Of a stretch of DNA of 57,295 bases, positions 9,577 to 20,486 are shown piece after piece. A program made the position numbers and the translations under genes. The notes below the pieces were generated by a model. That model saw only the letters and a list, made by a program, of their open reading frames with translations, was not told the origin of the DNA and ran no database searches. Numbering within the stretch: the stretch's first letter is position 1; each line of letters begins with the position of its first letter. Source of the DNA: an uncultured Gemmiger sp. (GTDB lineage: Bacteria; Bacillota; Clostridia; Oscillospirales; Ruminococcaceae). The stretch is from assembly GCA_959018215.1 (NCBI GenBank), contig CAUEKL010000001.1, positions 1 through 57,295 on the forward strand, written 5' to 3'.

Positions 9577-10856
9577 TCCCCGGTGATCCATGCGGCAGCC
9601 TCCTTCGGGTCGGCGTTCATGGTGGCAAAATCCTCCACCCGGGCTTCCGCCGCCACCTTGTTGGTGGTCAGGATGTAGGCGTTGGGATGGTTGCGCAGCA
9701 GGGTGGCGGGAATGCCTGCGGTGATGGGACCGGAGAACATGCGGGAAAGGATGTTGGCTTTCTGTATGTCGAAGAAGAGGATCAGCAGGATGTCCGCCGA
9801 CAGGGCCGTGCCCAGCCCGATGGTGATGATGGACTTGGAGGGCTGGTCGGGGTCGATGTACTTTTTGCTGTGCTCGCTCACCTCCACGATCCGGGGCGGG
9901 TCGTCGATGATGGCGTCGATGTCGTTGTAGGTGCCTACCTCGTAGGCGATGATCTCCCCCACCGGGGACACGGACACCGCGTGCACCGCCGGCGGATACA
10001 GCCGCAGGGTGCGCTGGGCGCTCTTGACCGGGTCGCTGTCGGTGTACACGCCGGACAGCAGATGCAGCTGCTCCGGTTGGGGCTCCTTGTGCAGCCGTGT
10101 CAGCGGCTGGATGAGCAGGTCGTTGATGTGCCGGGTGCGGCTGGTCTCGTGGGCGCTCCACACCCCGAAGGTCTCGGTGTCCGAAAGGATCCGGGCTTCC
10201 CCGAAAGGACAGCCCTCATACTCCTGGCAGATCTTCATCATGGCCCGGAACAGAGCGGTGGCGCTGCGCCCGGTGGGCAGAATCAGCGAGGAGTCCGGCC
10301 GCTGCTGCCCCACCGAAAAATACACCCGGGCGGCACATTCCGCCGCGTCCCGGTCGGTGTCAAAGGCCAGGACCCCCTTGGCCCACTGCCGCCGCGCCGA
10401 TTCCCGGGGCGGCAGATCGGGGCCGGCGTCCGTCCCGGGCTCGGAAATGCGCATGGCGTTCAGGTCCGCCACCAGCTTTTCCAGGGTATCGTCCCGGGCG
10501 TCCAGCCAGTCCAGCCACTGGGTGGAGGTCAGGAAATAGCTCAGGTTGTTGGGCTCCACCCGCTCCACCCGCAGCCAGAACACCGGCTTTTTGTATTTGT
10601 CCGCCAGGGACAGTTCCCGCTTGACCTGGGTGGAAGAGTCCGCCTGGGCGCAGAACAGCAGGACCACGGCGCTGCTGTTGCGGATGGCACGGGTGATGGC
10701 GTCGTCCCATTCCTCCCCGGAATGGATATCCCGGGGCGCGTACCAGGTATCAATGCCGTTGCGGGCCAGATACCGGGCCAGATGGTCGGTCAGTTCCACC
10801 GTACTGTTGTGATGGCTGAGAAAAATTTTGATTTTGGGTCTGGTTTCTTCCTTCAT
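9573..10856 (-). CDS. TIR domain fused to a degenerate glucosamine-6-phosphate deaminase (NagB)-like domain
   Basis: N-term 'KIFLSH...GIDTWYAPRDI.SGEEW...I..AIRNSSAVVLLF...S.QVKRELSLA...KPVF' is TIR_2-like; C-term 'LPTGRSA...IITIGLGTALSA..LLI....QKA......GPITAGIPATLLRNHPN' is NagB-like; real start MKEET at 10856. Confidence 0.85.
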   Translation of the reverse strand: MKEETRPKIKIFLSHHNSTVELTDHLARYLARNGIDTWYAPRDIHSGEEWDDAITRAIRNSSAVVLLFCAQADSSTQVKRELSLADKYKKPVFWLRVERVEPNNLSYFLTSTQWLDWLDARDDTLEKLVADLNAMRISEPGTDAGPDLPPRESARRQWAKGVLAFDTDRDAAECAARVYFSVGQQRPDSSLILPTGRSATALFRAMMKICQEYEGCPFGEARILSDTETFGVWSAHETSRTRHINDLLIQPLTRLHKEPQPEQLHLLSGVYTDSDPVKSAQRTLRLYPPAVHAVSVSPVGEIIAYEVGTYNDIDAIIDDPPRIVEVSEHSKKYIDPDQPSKSIITIGLGTALSADILLILFFDIQKANILSRMFSGPITAGIPATLLRNHPNAYILTTNKVAAEARVEDFATMNADPKEAAAWITGE

Positions 10857-10879
10857 GATGGTGTATGGTCCCCACTCTC

Positions 10880-11824
10880 TTAGATGGTTTGCAGCCGGGC
10901 AAAGCGCTCCATCACCCGGTCCTGCCCGGTCACGCCGTCGGTGGCACCCAGGGCTTCCACCGCGCAGGAGGCGGCGGCACAGCCCAGCCGGGCGCAGTCG
11001 TCCGGGGCAAAGCCCCGGCGCAGTCCGGCCAGGAACCCCGCCGCAAAGGCATCCCCGGCGCCGGTGGTGTCCACGCAGGCGGTGCCGGGCACGGCAGGAA
11101 TCTGCCAGGTGCGGTCCCCGGTCCCCACCAGGCAGCCGTCGGCCCCGCATTTGACCACCGCAGTGCCCACCCCGGCGTTTACCAGCCGGCGCAGGCTGCG
11201 CAGCGGGTCGGATTCCCCGGTGAGCAGCCGGGCTTCCTCCCGGTTGGGCACCAGCACGTCGATGCAGGGCAGCAGGGGCTCCAGGTCCGCCAGGGTCTCC
11301 CCGTGTTTGGCCTTGGTCATGTCCACCAGCAGCAGCCGGTCGCGGGCCTTGATGCGGCGGAACAGCGCCCCGGTCCTGGCAATGGTCAGCAGGGGGGAGA
11401 CAAACAGGCTGGAAAAGCTCACGATGGGCGCCAGGTCGTCCAGCCGGGGTTCCAGGTCCGGCAGGTCCAGGCGGCGCAGGGTGCTGCCCGGGTCGGTGAT
11501 GAAATGCCGTTCCCCCTGCGGGTCCACCAGCACCAGGTTCACGGCGGTGGGCACCCCGTCCTGCCGGATCAGCCCGGCACCGTCCACGCCGTTCCGCTCC
11601 AGAAAGGCCCGGACCCGGTCCCCGGCTTCATCGGTGCCCAGATTGCTGAGCAGCTGTACCCGCTCCCCCAGCCGGGAAAGGACCACCGCCTCGTTCAGGG
11701 CGTTGCCCCCGAAACTCATACGGATGGATTCGGCGGGCTGGGAGCCGATCTCAAACACCCGGCGGTCCACCGGGCGCGCCAGAACGTCAATGATCGCCGG
11801 TCCGATCACGGTTACATCATACAT
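10880..11824 (-). CDS. PfkB/ribokinase-family carbohydrate kinase
   Basis: 'FGGNALNEAVVLSRLG', 'PNREEA', 'DTTGAGDAFAAGFL' signatures. Confidence 0.92.
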   Translation of the reverse strand: MYDVTVIGPAIIDVLARPVDRRVFEIGSQPAESIRMSFGGNALNEAVVLSRLGERVQLLSNLGTDEAGDRVRAFLERNGVDGAGLIRQDGVPTAVNLVLVDPQGERHFITDPGSTLRRLDLPDLEPRLDDLAPIVSFSSLFVSPLLTIARTGALFRRIKARDRLLLVDMTKAKHGETLADLEPLLPCIDVLVPNREEARLLTGESDPLRSLRRLVNAGVGTAVVKCGADGCLVGTGDRTWQIPAVPGTACVDTTGAGDAFAAGFLAGLRRGFAPDDCARLGCAAASCAVEALGATDGVTGQDRVMERFARLQTI

Positions 11825-11970
11825 GGTAAGGCCCCTTTCCGGCCGCGCGGCGCGCGGAACTGTGTCAGTTCAATTGTAGGCGCTGGGACGGCGTTTGTCA
11901 ATTTGCGCCGCCCCGCCGCACAAAAGCAAATCCCCCGGCCGCAGGGCCGGGGGAGGAAAAGGCGGAAGGG

Positions 11971-13110
11971 TCAGACAAACAGGCTTTCGGCCAGCAGCAG
12001 CGCCAGCAGGCCCACGTTGCACAGGGTGAACCACAGGAAGTATTTCGGGCGCAGGTCCGGGTACTGCTTGGCCACCAGCTTGTAGGAGATCAGGCTGGCC
12101 ATGGAGGCGATGAGGGTGCCCAGCCCGCCCAGGTTGCAGCCCACAATGAGCCGGGGCCAGGCGGTGCTGTACCCCGAAAGGAGCAGCGCCGCGGGCACAT
12201 TGCTGATGACCTGGCTGGCCAGCACCGCCACCGCCACCTCGTGCCCGGCCAGGATGCCGGACAGGAAATTCTGGAAGCTCTCCATGCGGCCCATGTTGCC
12301 GATGAACACAAAGAAGGCAATGAAGGTGCCCAGCAGGGAATAGTCGATCTTGGCCAGCAGGGGACGGTCGCCGATGATCAGCACCACCGCCGTGACGGCT
12401 GCCACCCCCAGGGGCGGCAGCACCTTGGCGATGCACCCCAGGCAGAGCACCGCCCCCACGGCGCAAAGGGCCAGCTTGCGCTTGTTCCCCAGCCGGGTTT
12501 CGGGCAGGTCGGCGTGGACCGGCACGCTGCGGGGCAGGGCGGCCAGCACCGCGATGCACACCCCGGATACCACCACATAGGGCAGCATCAGGGCGCAGAA
12601 TTCCCCGAAGTTCATCCCCGAACGGTTGTAGAGATACAGGTTCTGGGGGTTGCCCATGGGGGTGAGCATGCTGCCCAGGTTGGCTGCCGCCGTCTGCAAC
12701 ACCACCGTGGGGATGACCAGCCGGTCCTGCCCGGCCATGTGCAGCACGGTCAAAGCAAAGGGCACAAAGGTGATGAGGGACACATCGTTGGTGATGAGCA
12801 TGCTGAAAACAAAGGGCAGGAATACCAGCACCAGCACCATCCGGCGGGTGGTGGCCATCCGCCGCAGCAGGGAGGCGCCCAGGGCGTCGAAGAGACCCAG
12901 CCGCTGCAGCCCCTTGGTCACCGCCATCAGGCTGAAGAGCAAAGCCAGGGTGTCCCAGTCGATGTACCCGGCCCAGGCCGCGTCCGGCGGCACCGCAATG
13001 GCCGAAAGCAGGGCCAGCACCACCGCCACGGTGAGGACCACTTCCCCTTTCAGAAACCGCCCGGCCCGCTGCAGCCAGCAAAGAATGCGTCCATATATCG
13101 TCAGTTCCAC
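11971..13110 (-). CDS. SLC13/ArsB/CitM-type ion transporter superfamily permease
   Basis: 'SMLITND', 'ANLGSMLTPMGNPQN', 'SQVISNVPA', 'NLGGLGTLIASMASLI'; start uncertain (GTG 13110 after ggag). Confidence 0.8.
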   Translation of the reverse strand: MELTIYGRILCWLQRAGRFLKGEVVLTVAVVLALLSAIAVPPDAAWAGYIDWDTLALLFSLMAVTKGLQRLGLFDALGASLLRRMATTRRMVLVLVFLPFVFSMLITNDVSLITFVPFALTVLHMAGQDRLVIPTVVLQTAAANLGSMLTPMGNPQNLYLYNRSGMNFGEFCALMLPYVVVSGVCIAVLAALPRSVPVHADLPETRLGNKRKLALCAVGAVLCLGCIAKVLPPLGVAAVTAVVLIIGDRPLLAKIDYSLLGTFIAFFVFIGNMGRMESFQNFLSGILAGHEVAVAVLASQVISNVPAALLLSGYSTAWPRLIVGCNLGGLGTLIASMASLISYKLVAKQYPDLRPKYFLWFTLCNVGLLALLLAESLFV

Positions 13111-13317
13111 CAAAACATCCGCTCCATTTTCGTACAGAATCACGCCGGGGAGGCCCCGGCGCGCGTCCTTTATTATAGCAATCTGCCCCGGCGGATGCAA
13201 GGCGTGTGCCCGGCTTTTTTGGCGTGGGTGCGAATTTCCTGCCCCGCACAAACCAAAAGCCGGGCGGCCTTTTCGGGCCGCCCGGCTGGGATATCACAAT
13301 GTGTTATGGAAAGAGGT

Positions 13318-14580
13318 TCATTCCTGGGACGCAGGCTGTTCCGGCTCCAGCAGGGTCAGGCGCACTTCCTGCACCCGGCGGTGGGTGGTGCGGGTGACGA
13401 TGCCCTCGTACTTGCCCCACCGGAAATGGTCGCCCACCTTGGGCAGACCGCCCAGCTTTTCCTGCACCAGGCCGCTGATGGATACCGCCTTGCTCTTGTC
13501 CCGGATGTGCAGCTCCTCGGCCACATCATCCACACCGGCGTCGCCGGAAATCAGCCAGCTGCCGTTGCTCTGGGCGCGGACTTCCTCCACCACGTCGTCG
13601 TGTTCGTCCCAGATCTCGCCCACCAGCTCTTCCAGGATGTCCTCCAGGGTGACGATGCCGGCGGTGCCGCCGTACTCATCCACCACGATGGCCATGTGAT
13701 GCTTGCTCTCCCGCATGGTGCGCATCAGCTCGGAGATGCGGCTGCCGGAGGTGGTGTACAGCGCCGGGGCAATGAGCTTTTCCAGCTCGGCGTCACCCCG
13801 GCGGGCGGCCACGAAGTAATCCTTCTCATGCACCACGCCGATGATGTTGTCGATGGTCTCATGGTACACCGGCAGGCGGGAGTATCCGCTCTCCGCAAAC
13901 TGGTCGGCCACCTCTTCCAGGTCGGCGTCGTCGGCCACGGCCACCACGTCCACCCGGGGGATCAGCACATCCTCCACTTCCACGTCGTCAAAGCTGATGG
14001 CGCTGCGGATCAGTTCGCTTTCCCGGTCGGTGATCTCGCCGTCTTTCTCGGCTTCGCTCACCATGGTGACCAGCTCGCCTTCGGTCACGGTGTCGTGCTC
14101 GTCGGAATGGAACCGGCGGGCCAGAAAATCCTTCCACTTGCCGAAAAGGAAGTTCAGCGGGGTGAACAGGGTGGTCAGGGCGCTGAGGATCGGGGAAAAG
14201 GAAACGGCAAGGGTCTCGGGCATTTCCTTGGCCAGACCCTTGGGGGTGATCTCACCAAAGATCAGCACGATCACGGTCAAAGCGACCGTGGAGGCGGTGG
14301 GGCCGTATACCGGGCCCAGCAGGTTGGTGAACAGCACCGTGCCCAGCGAAGCTGCTGCAATGTTCACGATGTTGTTGCCGATGAGGATGGTGCTGAGCAG
14401 ACGGTCGAACTTTTCCGCCAGGTTCAGGGCCTTGCCGGCGGGCTTGTCGCCCGCCTCGGCGCGGGAGCGCAGGCGGATCAGGTTCAGGGAAGAAAAGGCG
14501 GTCTCCGAAGCGGAGAAAAAGGCCGACATCGCCACCAGTGCTACGATCAGAATGATGGTGATAATACTGTCCTCGTCCAT
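13318..14580 (-). CDS. HlyC/CorC (CNNM) family transporter: DUF21 + CBS pair + CorC domain
   Basis: 'SAFFSASETAFSS', 'ILIGNNIVN', 'FGEITPK', 'YSRLPVY', 'DEYGGTAGIVTLEDILEELVGEIWDEHD'. Confidence 0.92.
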   Translation of the reverse strand: MDEDSIITIILIVALVAMSAFFSASETAFSSLNLIRLRSRAEAGDKPAGKALNLAEKFDRLLSTILIGNNIVNIAAASLGTVLFTNLLGPVYGPTASTVALTVIVLIFGEITPKGLAKEMPETLAVSFSPILSALTTLFTPLNFLFGKWKDFLARRFHSDEHDTVTEGELVTMVSEAEKDGEITDRESELIRSAISFDDVEVEDVLIPRVDVVAVADDADLEEVADQFAESGYSRLPVYHETIDNIIGVVHEKDYFVAARRGDAELEKLIAPALYTTSGSRISELMRTMRESKHHMAIVVDEYGGTAGIVTLEDILEELVGEIWDEHDDVVEEVRAQSNGSWLISGDAGVDDVAEELHIRDKSKAVSISGLVQEKLGGLPKVGDHFRWGKYEGIVTRTTHRRVQEVRLTLLEPEQPASQE

Positions 14581-14752
14581 GGGGGGAAAGATCAACTCTA
14601 CTTTCTGTATTGAATTTTTGCCGGCGCCGGCACACAGGTGCACAATGCCAGACTAACTGTTATTGTAGCATATCCCGGCAGGAAACGCAATTGCCTTGCC
14701 CGGTTCTGCCGGGATTTTACCCGCTCTTTACCGGGAAACCATATGGACAAAA

Positions 14753-14989
14753 CGCCGCCCTCCCGCTGGGAGGACGGCGCTCCAGCGTGTCGGAAAACCC
14801 GACACGCTGCAAAAGGGGGAACAGTCCCGCACGGCAATTGCCTGACGGGCCTATTCCCCCTCTTGTACACCCCCTCGACAAAATTGGGGGTCAAATCGCG
14901 CACTCGACGCAGTGCGTCTCGCACACAATTTGACTCCCAATTTCCCTGTAGGTGTCTGCGCCGGTCGGCGCATGTCCGCCGGCGCAGAC
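14753..14989. repeat. Cluster of five adjacent inverted repeats (REP-like or structured intergenic region)
   Basis: e.g. cagcgtgtcgg/ccgacacgctg (14783-14809), aaattgggggtcaaat/atttgactcccaattt (14881-14943), gtctgcgccgg/ccggcgcagac (about 14953-14989). Confidence 0.6.
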
Positions 14990-15007
14990 GGTTTTTATAC
15001 TTTGTGT

Positions 15008-15883
15008 TCAGCTTTCGGCAATGCCGAAGAAATACCGGTTCAGCCGGCGTTTGTTGGCCTCGTACAGCCCCAGGTCCCGGTACAGGTCCTTATAATAGGT
15101 GAGCAGCTCCCACCGGGTGGCCAGTACCTTCACCGGGTTCAGGTTGTGCACCAGACTGTCCGGGTTCTGCACATAGTTGTAGATGGGGGTGGACAGGGCG
15201 TAGAACCGCTCCGCGTACCGGATGAAGCTGAGGTTGAAGTAAAAGTCCTCGCTGTAATCCAGGTCCTCGCTGCACACCACGTCCGGGTGCTGGCGCACCA
15301 CGTCCGCCCGGTAGAGCTTGTTCCACATGACCCCATAGTAGAAGCTGGCCGGTTCCTGCATCAGCCCGTAGGCAAACTGGGCCTTGCCCATGTACCCTTC
15401 CATGAGAAAGCCGAAGGTCTGCACCTTGGTGAAGGGGTCAAAGCCCGGGTCCACCTCTTCGGGCAGGGGCGGGGTGCGCTGGGCCTGCCATTCCTTGGGG
15501 GGCTCCACCCGGTTGTAGTGGGCAATGACCATATCGGCGGCATGCTCCTCCGCCTTCTGCACCAGCAGCTCGGTGGCGTAGGGCTGGAGGGTGTCGTCGG
15601 CGTCCACGAATTGCAGATACTTGCCCTTGGCCGCCCGCATGCCCAGATTCCGGGTGGCGGACACCCCGCTGTTGGCCTTGTCGATGAGGGTGATGCGGTC
15701 ATCCACCTTGGCGTACATGGCGCACACCGGGCCGCTCACGTCGCTGCTGCCGTCGTTGAGCAGCAGAATCTCCAGGTTGCGGTAGGTCTGGCGGCGGATA
15801 CTCTCCACACACCGGGCAATATGGTCCTTGGCATTGTAGATGGGCACGATGATGCTCACCAGCGGCTGTTCGGCTCCGGACAT
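15008..15883 (-). CDS. Glycosyltransferase family 2
   Basis: 'VSIIVPIYN', 'NDGSSD', 'NSGVSATRNLG', 'FVDADD', 'WNKLYR', 'SED'. Confidence 0.92.
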   Translation of the reverse strand: MSGAEQPLVSIIVPIYNAKDHIARCVESIRRQTYRNLEILLLNDGSSDVSGPVCAMYAKVDDRITLIDKANSGVSATRNLGMRAAKGKYLQFVDADDTLQPYATELLVQKAEEHAADMVIAHYNRVEPPKEWQAQRTPPLPEEVDPGFDPFTKVQTFGFLMEGYMGKAQFAYGLMQEPASFYYGVMWNKLYRADVVRQHPDVVCSEDLDYSEDFYFNLSFIRYAERFYALSTPIYNYVQNPDSLVHNLNPVKVLATRWELLTYYKDLYRDLGLYEANKRRLNRYFFGIAES

Positions 15884-16019
15884 ACAAAACGCCCCTTTCC
15901 CTATATAGTAAGGATAGATTTGTGTTTACCATACCACAAAAACGCCCGGGAGACAATGGCACCGGGGGATAAACCGTGGTATACTGGAACCAGAATTTTT
16001 TTGCAGGAGGACCCCACCC

Positions 16020-17522
16020 ATGCCCAACACCATCCCCGAAAAACTCCGCACCCTGGAGGACAAGCTCTACGCCTGCCGCTACGCCCAGGCCCTCATGGGC
16101 TACGACGAGGCCACCGCCGCCCCCGCCCGCAGCGAGGACGGCCGGGCCAGGGCTGCCGAGGTGCTCAGCCGGATCTCCTTTGACGCCCTGGTCAACCCGG
16201 ACACCGAAGCCCTGCTCAAAGAGGCCGAGGCCGCCGACCTGGACGGGTTCACCGCCGCCGAGGTGCGGGAACTGCGCCGCCAGTACGACGCCATCGCCCG
16301 CATCCCCGCCGACGAGTACGCCGCCTTCACCGGTCTGGTGCAGCAGGCGGTGCCCGCCTGGGGCCGGGCCAAGCGGAGCAATGACTTCGACGCCTTTGCC
16401 CCCTATCTGGAAAAGATCGTGGCCGCCCTGCGTCGTCAGGCCGGGTACTTTGCCCCCCACAAGGACCCCTACGAAGCCTGGCTGGACCGGTACGAGCGTG
16501 GGCTGACCATCGCCCGGTGCGATGCATTCTTCGCCGCCCTGCGGGGGGAGATCCTGCCCCTGCTGAAAGAAATTCAGCAGCGTGGCAAGCCGGTGCGCAC
16601 CGACTTCCTGGACCGGGACTGGCCCCTGGAAGGCCAGCAGGAGCTGGCCCGGCGGATCATGGCCCTGTGGGGGCTGGACCCCGACCACTGCGTGCTGGAC
16701 GAGAGTGAGCACCCCTTCACCGAGGGCTTCTGGCACGGGGATGTGCGTATCACCACCCATTATATGAAACGGGATGTGCTCAGCAGCCTGTACAGCGTGG
16801 CCCACGAGGGCGGCCACGCCCTGTATGAGCTGGGGGTGGACCCGGCCTGCGATTTCACCGTCCTGGGCGGCGGGGCCACCATGGGCCTGCACGAAAGCCA
16901 GAGCCGTCTGTTTGAGAACATGGTGGGTCGGTCCCGGGCCTTCATCCACTGGCTGTGGCCGGTGCTGCGGGCGCTTTTTCCCACCCAGACCGCCGACTTC
17001 ACTGAGGAGGAACTCTACCGCGCCGCCAACCGGGCCGAAGCCAGCCTGATCCGCACCGAGGCGGACGAGCTGACCTACGCCTTGCACATCATGGTGCGGT
17101 ACGAGCTGGAAAAGGCCCTGCTCCAGGGCACCCTGGCCGTCAAGGACCTGCCCGAAGCCTGGAACGCCAAGTATCAGGAATACCTGGGCATCCGGGTGCC
17201 GGACAACGCCCACGGGGTGCTGCAGGACATCCACTGGGCCGGGGGCGATATGGGCTACTTCCCCAGCTACGCCCTGGGCAGCGCCTACGCCGCCCAGGCC
17301 TGGGACGACATCACCGCCCAGCTGGGAGACGGGGTGCTGGAAGCCCACATTGAAAAGGGCGACCTGAGCCCGTTGAAGGACGCCCTGCACACCCGGCTGT
17401 GGCAGTACGGCAACAGCCGGGAACCCGCCGACCTGGTGAAAAGCCTGTGCGGCGGAGAATTTGACCCCACCCACTATACCCGCTACCTGCGCCGCAAATA
17501 CACCGACCTGTACGCCCTGTGA
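16020..17522 (+). CDS. Carboxypeptidase M32 (Taq-type)
   Basis: HPF, DVRITT, HEGGH, HESQS, IRTEAD, QDIHW, GYFPSYALG motifs. Confidence 0.95.
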   Translation: MPNTIPEKLRTLEDKLYACRYAQALMGYDEATAAPARSEDGRARAAEVLSRISFDALVNPDTEALLKEAEAADLDGFTAAEVRELRRQYDAIARIPADEYAAFTGLVQQAVPAWGRAKRSNDFDAFAPYLEKIVAALRRQAGYFAPHKDPYEAWLDRYERGLTIARCDAFFAALRGEILPLLKEIQQRGKPVRTDFLDRDWPLEGQQELARRIMALWGLDPDHCVLDESEHPFTEGFWHGDVRITTHYMKRDVLSSLYSVAHEGGHALYELGVDPACDFTVLGGGATMGLHESQSRLFENMVGRSRAFIHWLWPVLRALFPTQTADFTEEELYRAANRAEASLIRTEADELTYALHIMVRYELEKALLQGTLAVKDLPEAWNAKYQEYLGIRVPDNAHGVLQDIHWAGGDMGYFPSYALGSAYAAQAWDDITAQLGDGVLEAHIEKGDLSPLKDALHTRLWQYGNSREPADLVKSLCGGEFDPTHYTRYLRRKYTDLYAL

Positions 17523-17533
17523 GCTCCACGGCT

Positions 17534-17547
17534 TGCATAAAAATACA
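17534..17547. promoter_or_regulatory. Upstream ARG box (ArgR site)
   Basis: TGCATaaaaATACA, close to TGAAT-w4-ATTCA. Confidence 0.55.
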
Positions 17548-17642
17548 GAAAAATGCCCTGCAAATGCAAACCGACTGCAAATATATGGAAATTTATACAA
17601 AATTCTCCCCGTAAGTGGGGTGAGTTTGTGGGAGTTTATGCC

Positions 17643-17697
17643 TTGATTTTGGGAAAATGGCGTGTATAATAAGAAGCATCAGATGAATAAATATTCA
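17643..17697 (+). promoter_or_regulatory. arg operon promoter with ARG box
   Basis: -35 TTGATT (17643), -10 TATAAT (17665), 16-bp spacer; perfect ARG box TGAATaaatATTCA at 17684-17697. Confidence 0.8.
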
Positions 17698-17733
17698 GCT
17701 ACACGCTGTGAGAAGAGAGAAAGGGTGCTCACC

Positions 17734-18972
17734 ATGAAAAAGAACAAGCAGGACATCAAGAAGGTCGTTCTGGCCTATTCCGGCGGCCTGGATACCTCCA
17801 TCATCATCCCCTGGCTGAAGGAAAACTACAACAACTGCGAAGTCATCGCCGTTTCCGGCGACGTGGGCCAGGGCACCGAGCTGGACGGCCTGGAAGAGAA
17901 GGCCAAGAAGACCGGCGCTTCCAAGCTGTACGTGCTGGACCTGAAGAAGGATTACGTGGAAAACTACATCTGGCCCTGCCTGAAGGCCGGCGCCAAGTAT
18001 GAGGACTACCTGCTGGGCACCTCCCACGCCCGTCCCTGCATCGCCAAGGCCCTGGCGGACATCGCCATCAAGGAAGGCGCCGACGCCATCTGCCACGGCT
18101 GCACCGGCAAGGGCAACGACCAGGTCCGGTTTGAGCTCACCCTCAAGGCCTTCGCCCCGGATATGACCATCATCGCCCCCTGGCGGGAATGGGACATCAA
18201 GAGCCGTGACGAGGAGATCGACTACGCCGAAGCCCACAACATCCCCCTGAAGATCAGCCGGGAGACCAACTACTCCAAGGACAAGAACCTGTGGCACCTG
18301 AGCCATGAGGGCCTGGACCTGGAAGATCCCAAGAACGAGCCCCAGTACAACAAGGAAGGCTTCCTGGAGCTGGGCGTCAGCCCCGAACAGGCTCCCGACA
18401 AGCCCACCTATGTGACCATCCACTTTGAGAAGGGCGTGCCCACCGCCATCGACGGCAAGGAAATGGGCGCCGTGGAGATCGTGGAGACCCTGAACAAGCT
18501 GGGCGGCGAAAACGGCATCGGCCTGCTGGACATCGTGGAGAACCGGCTGGTGGGCATGAAGAGCCGCGGCGTGTACGAGACCCCCGGCGGCGCCATCCTG
18601 TACAAGGCCCACAACGTGCTGGAGACCATCACCCTGGACAAGGAGAGCGCCCACTTCAAGGAGATCGTGGCCCAGAAGATGGCCGACCTCGTCTACAACG
18701 GCCAGTGGTTCACCCCCCTGCGGGAAGCCATCAGCGCCTTTGTGGACCAGCTGGAAAAGACGGTCACCGGCGATGTGACCCTCAAGCTCTACAAGGGCAA
18801 CATGATCAACGCCGGCGTCACCAGCCCCTTCACCCTCTACGACGAGCAGACCGCTTCCTTCGGCGAGGATGAGGACTACAACCAGGCCGACGCCACCGGC
18901 TTCATCAACCTGTTCGGCCTGCCCATCGCCGAGCGCGCCAAGCTGGCCAAAAAGTGGCCCGCCATCGACTGA
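17734..18972 (+). CDS. argG: Argininosuccinate synthase
   Basis: '[10 protein letters not shown]', '[14 protein letters not shown]', '[16 protein letters not shown]'. Confidence 0.97.
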   Translation: MKKNKQDIKKVVLAYSGGLDTSIIIPWLKENYNNCEVIAVSGDVGQGTELDGLEEKAKKTGASKLYVLDLKKDYVENYIWPCLKAGAKYEDYLLGTSHARPCIAKALADIAIKEGADAICHGCTGKGNDQVRFELTLKAFAPDMTIIAPWREWDIKSRDEEIDYAEAHNIPLKISRETNYSKDKNLWHLSHEGLDLEDPKNEPQYNKEGFLELGVSPEQAPDKPTYVTIHFEKGVPTAIDGKEMGAVEIVETLNKLGGENGIGLLDIVENRLVGMKSRGVYETPGGAILYKAHNVLETITLDKESAHFKEIVAQKMADLVYNGQWFTPLREAISAFVDQLEKTVTGDVTLKLYKGNMINAGVTSPFTLYDEQTASFGEDEDYNQADATGFINLFGLPIAERAKLAKKWPAID

Positions 18973-19084
18973 TTTCTGAAAGCAAAACCCAACAGCCAAC
19001 CCGCCGCCGGGGAGGAATCTGCCTCCTTGGCGGCTTTGGCGTTCCTTAAAAACTTCTGATTACACAGAAAGTGAGGTTATCCCC

Positions 19085-20464
<1,380 letters not shown>

Positions 20465-20486
20465 AAACCGAAACGGGTGTTTTGTT

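Noticed and set aside
9577..11150. N-terminal extensions of the HAD (to 10161) and TIR (to 11150) ORFs in the track
   Set aside because: They overlap upstream genes in other frames; domain motifs begin at 9576 and 10856
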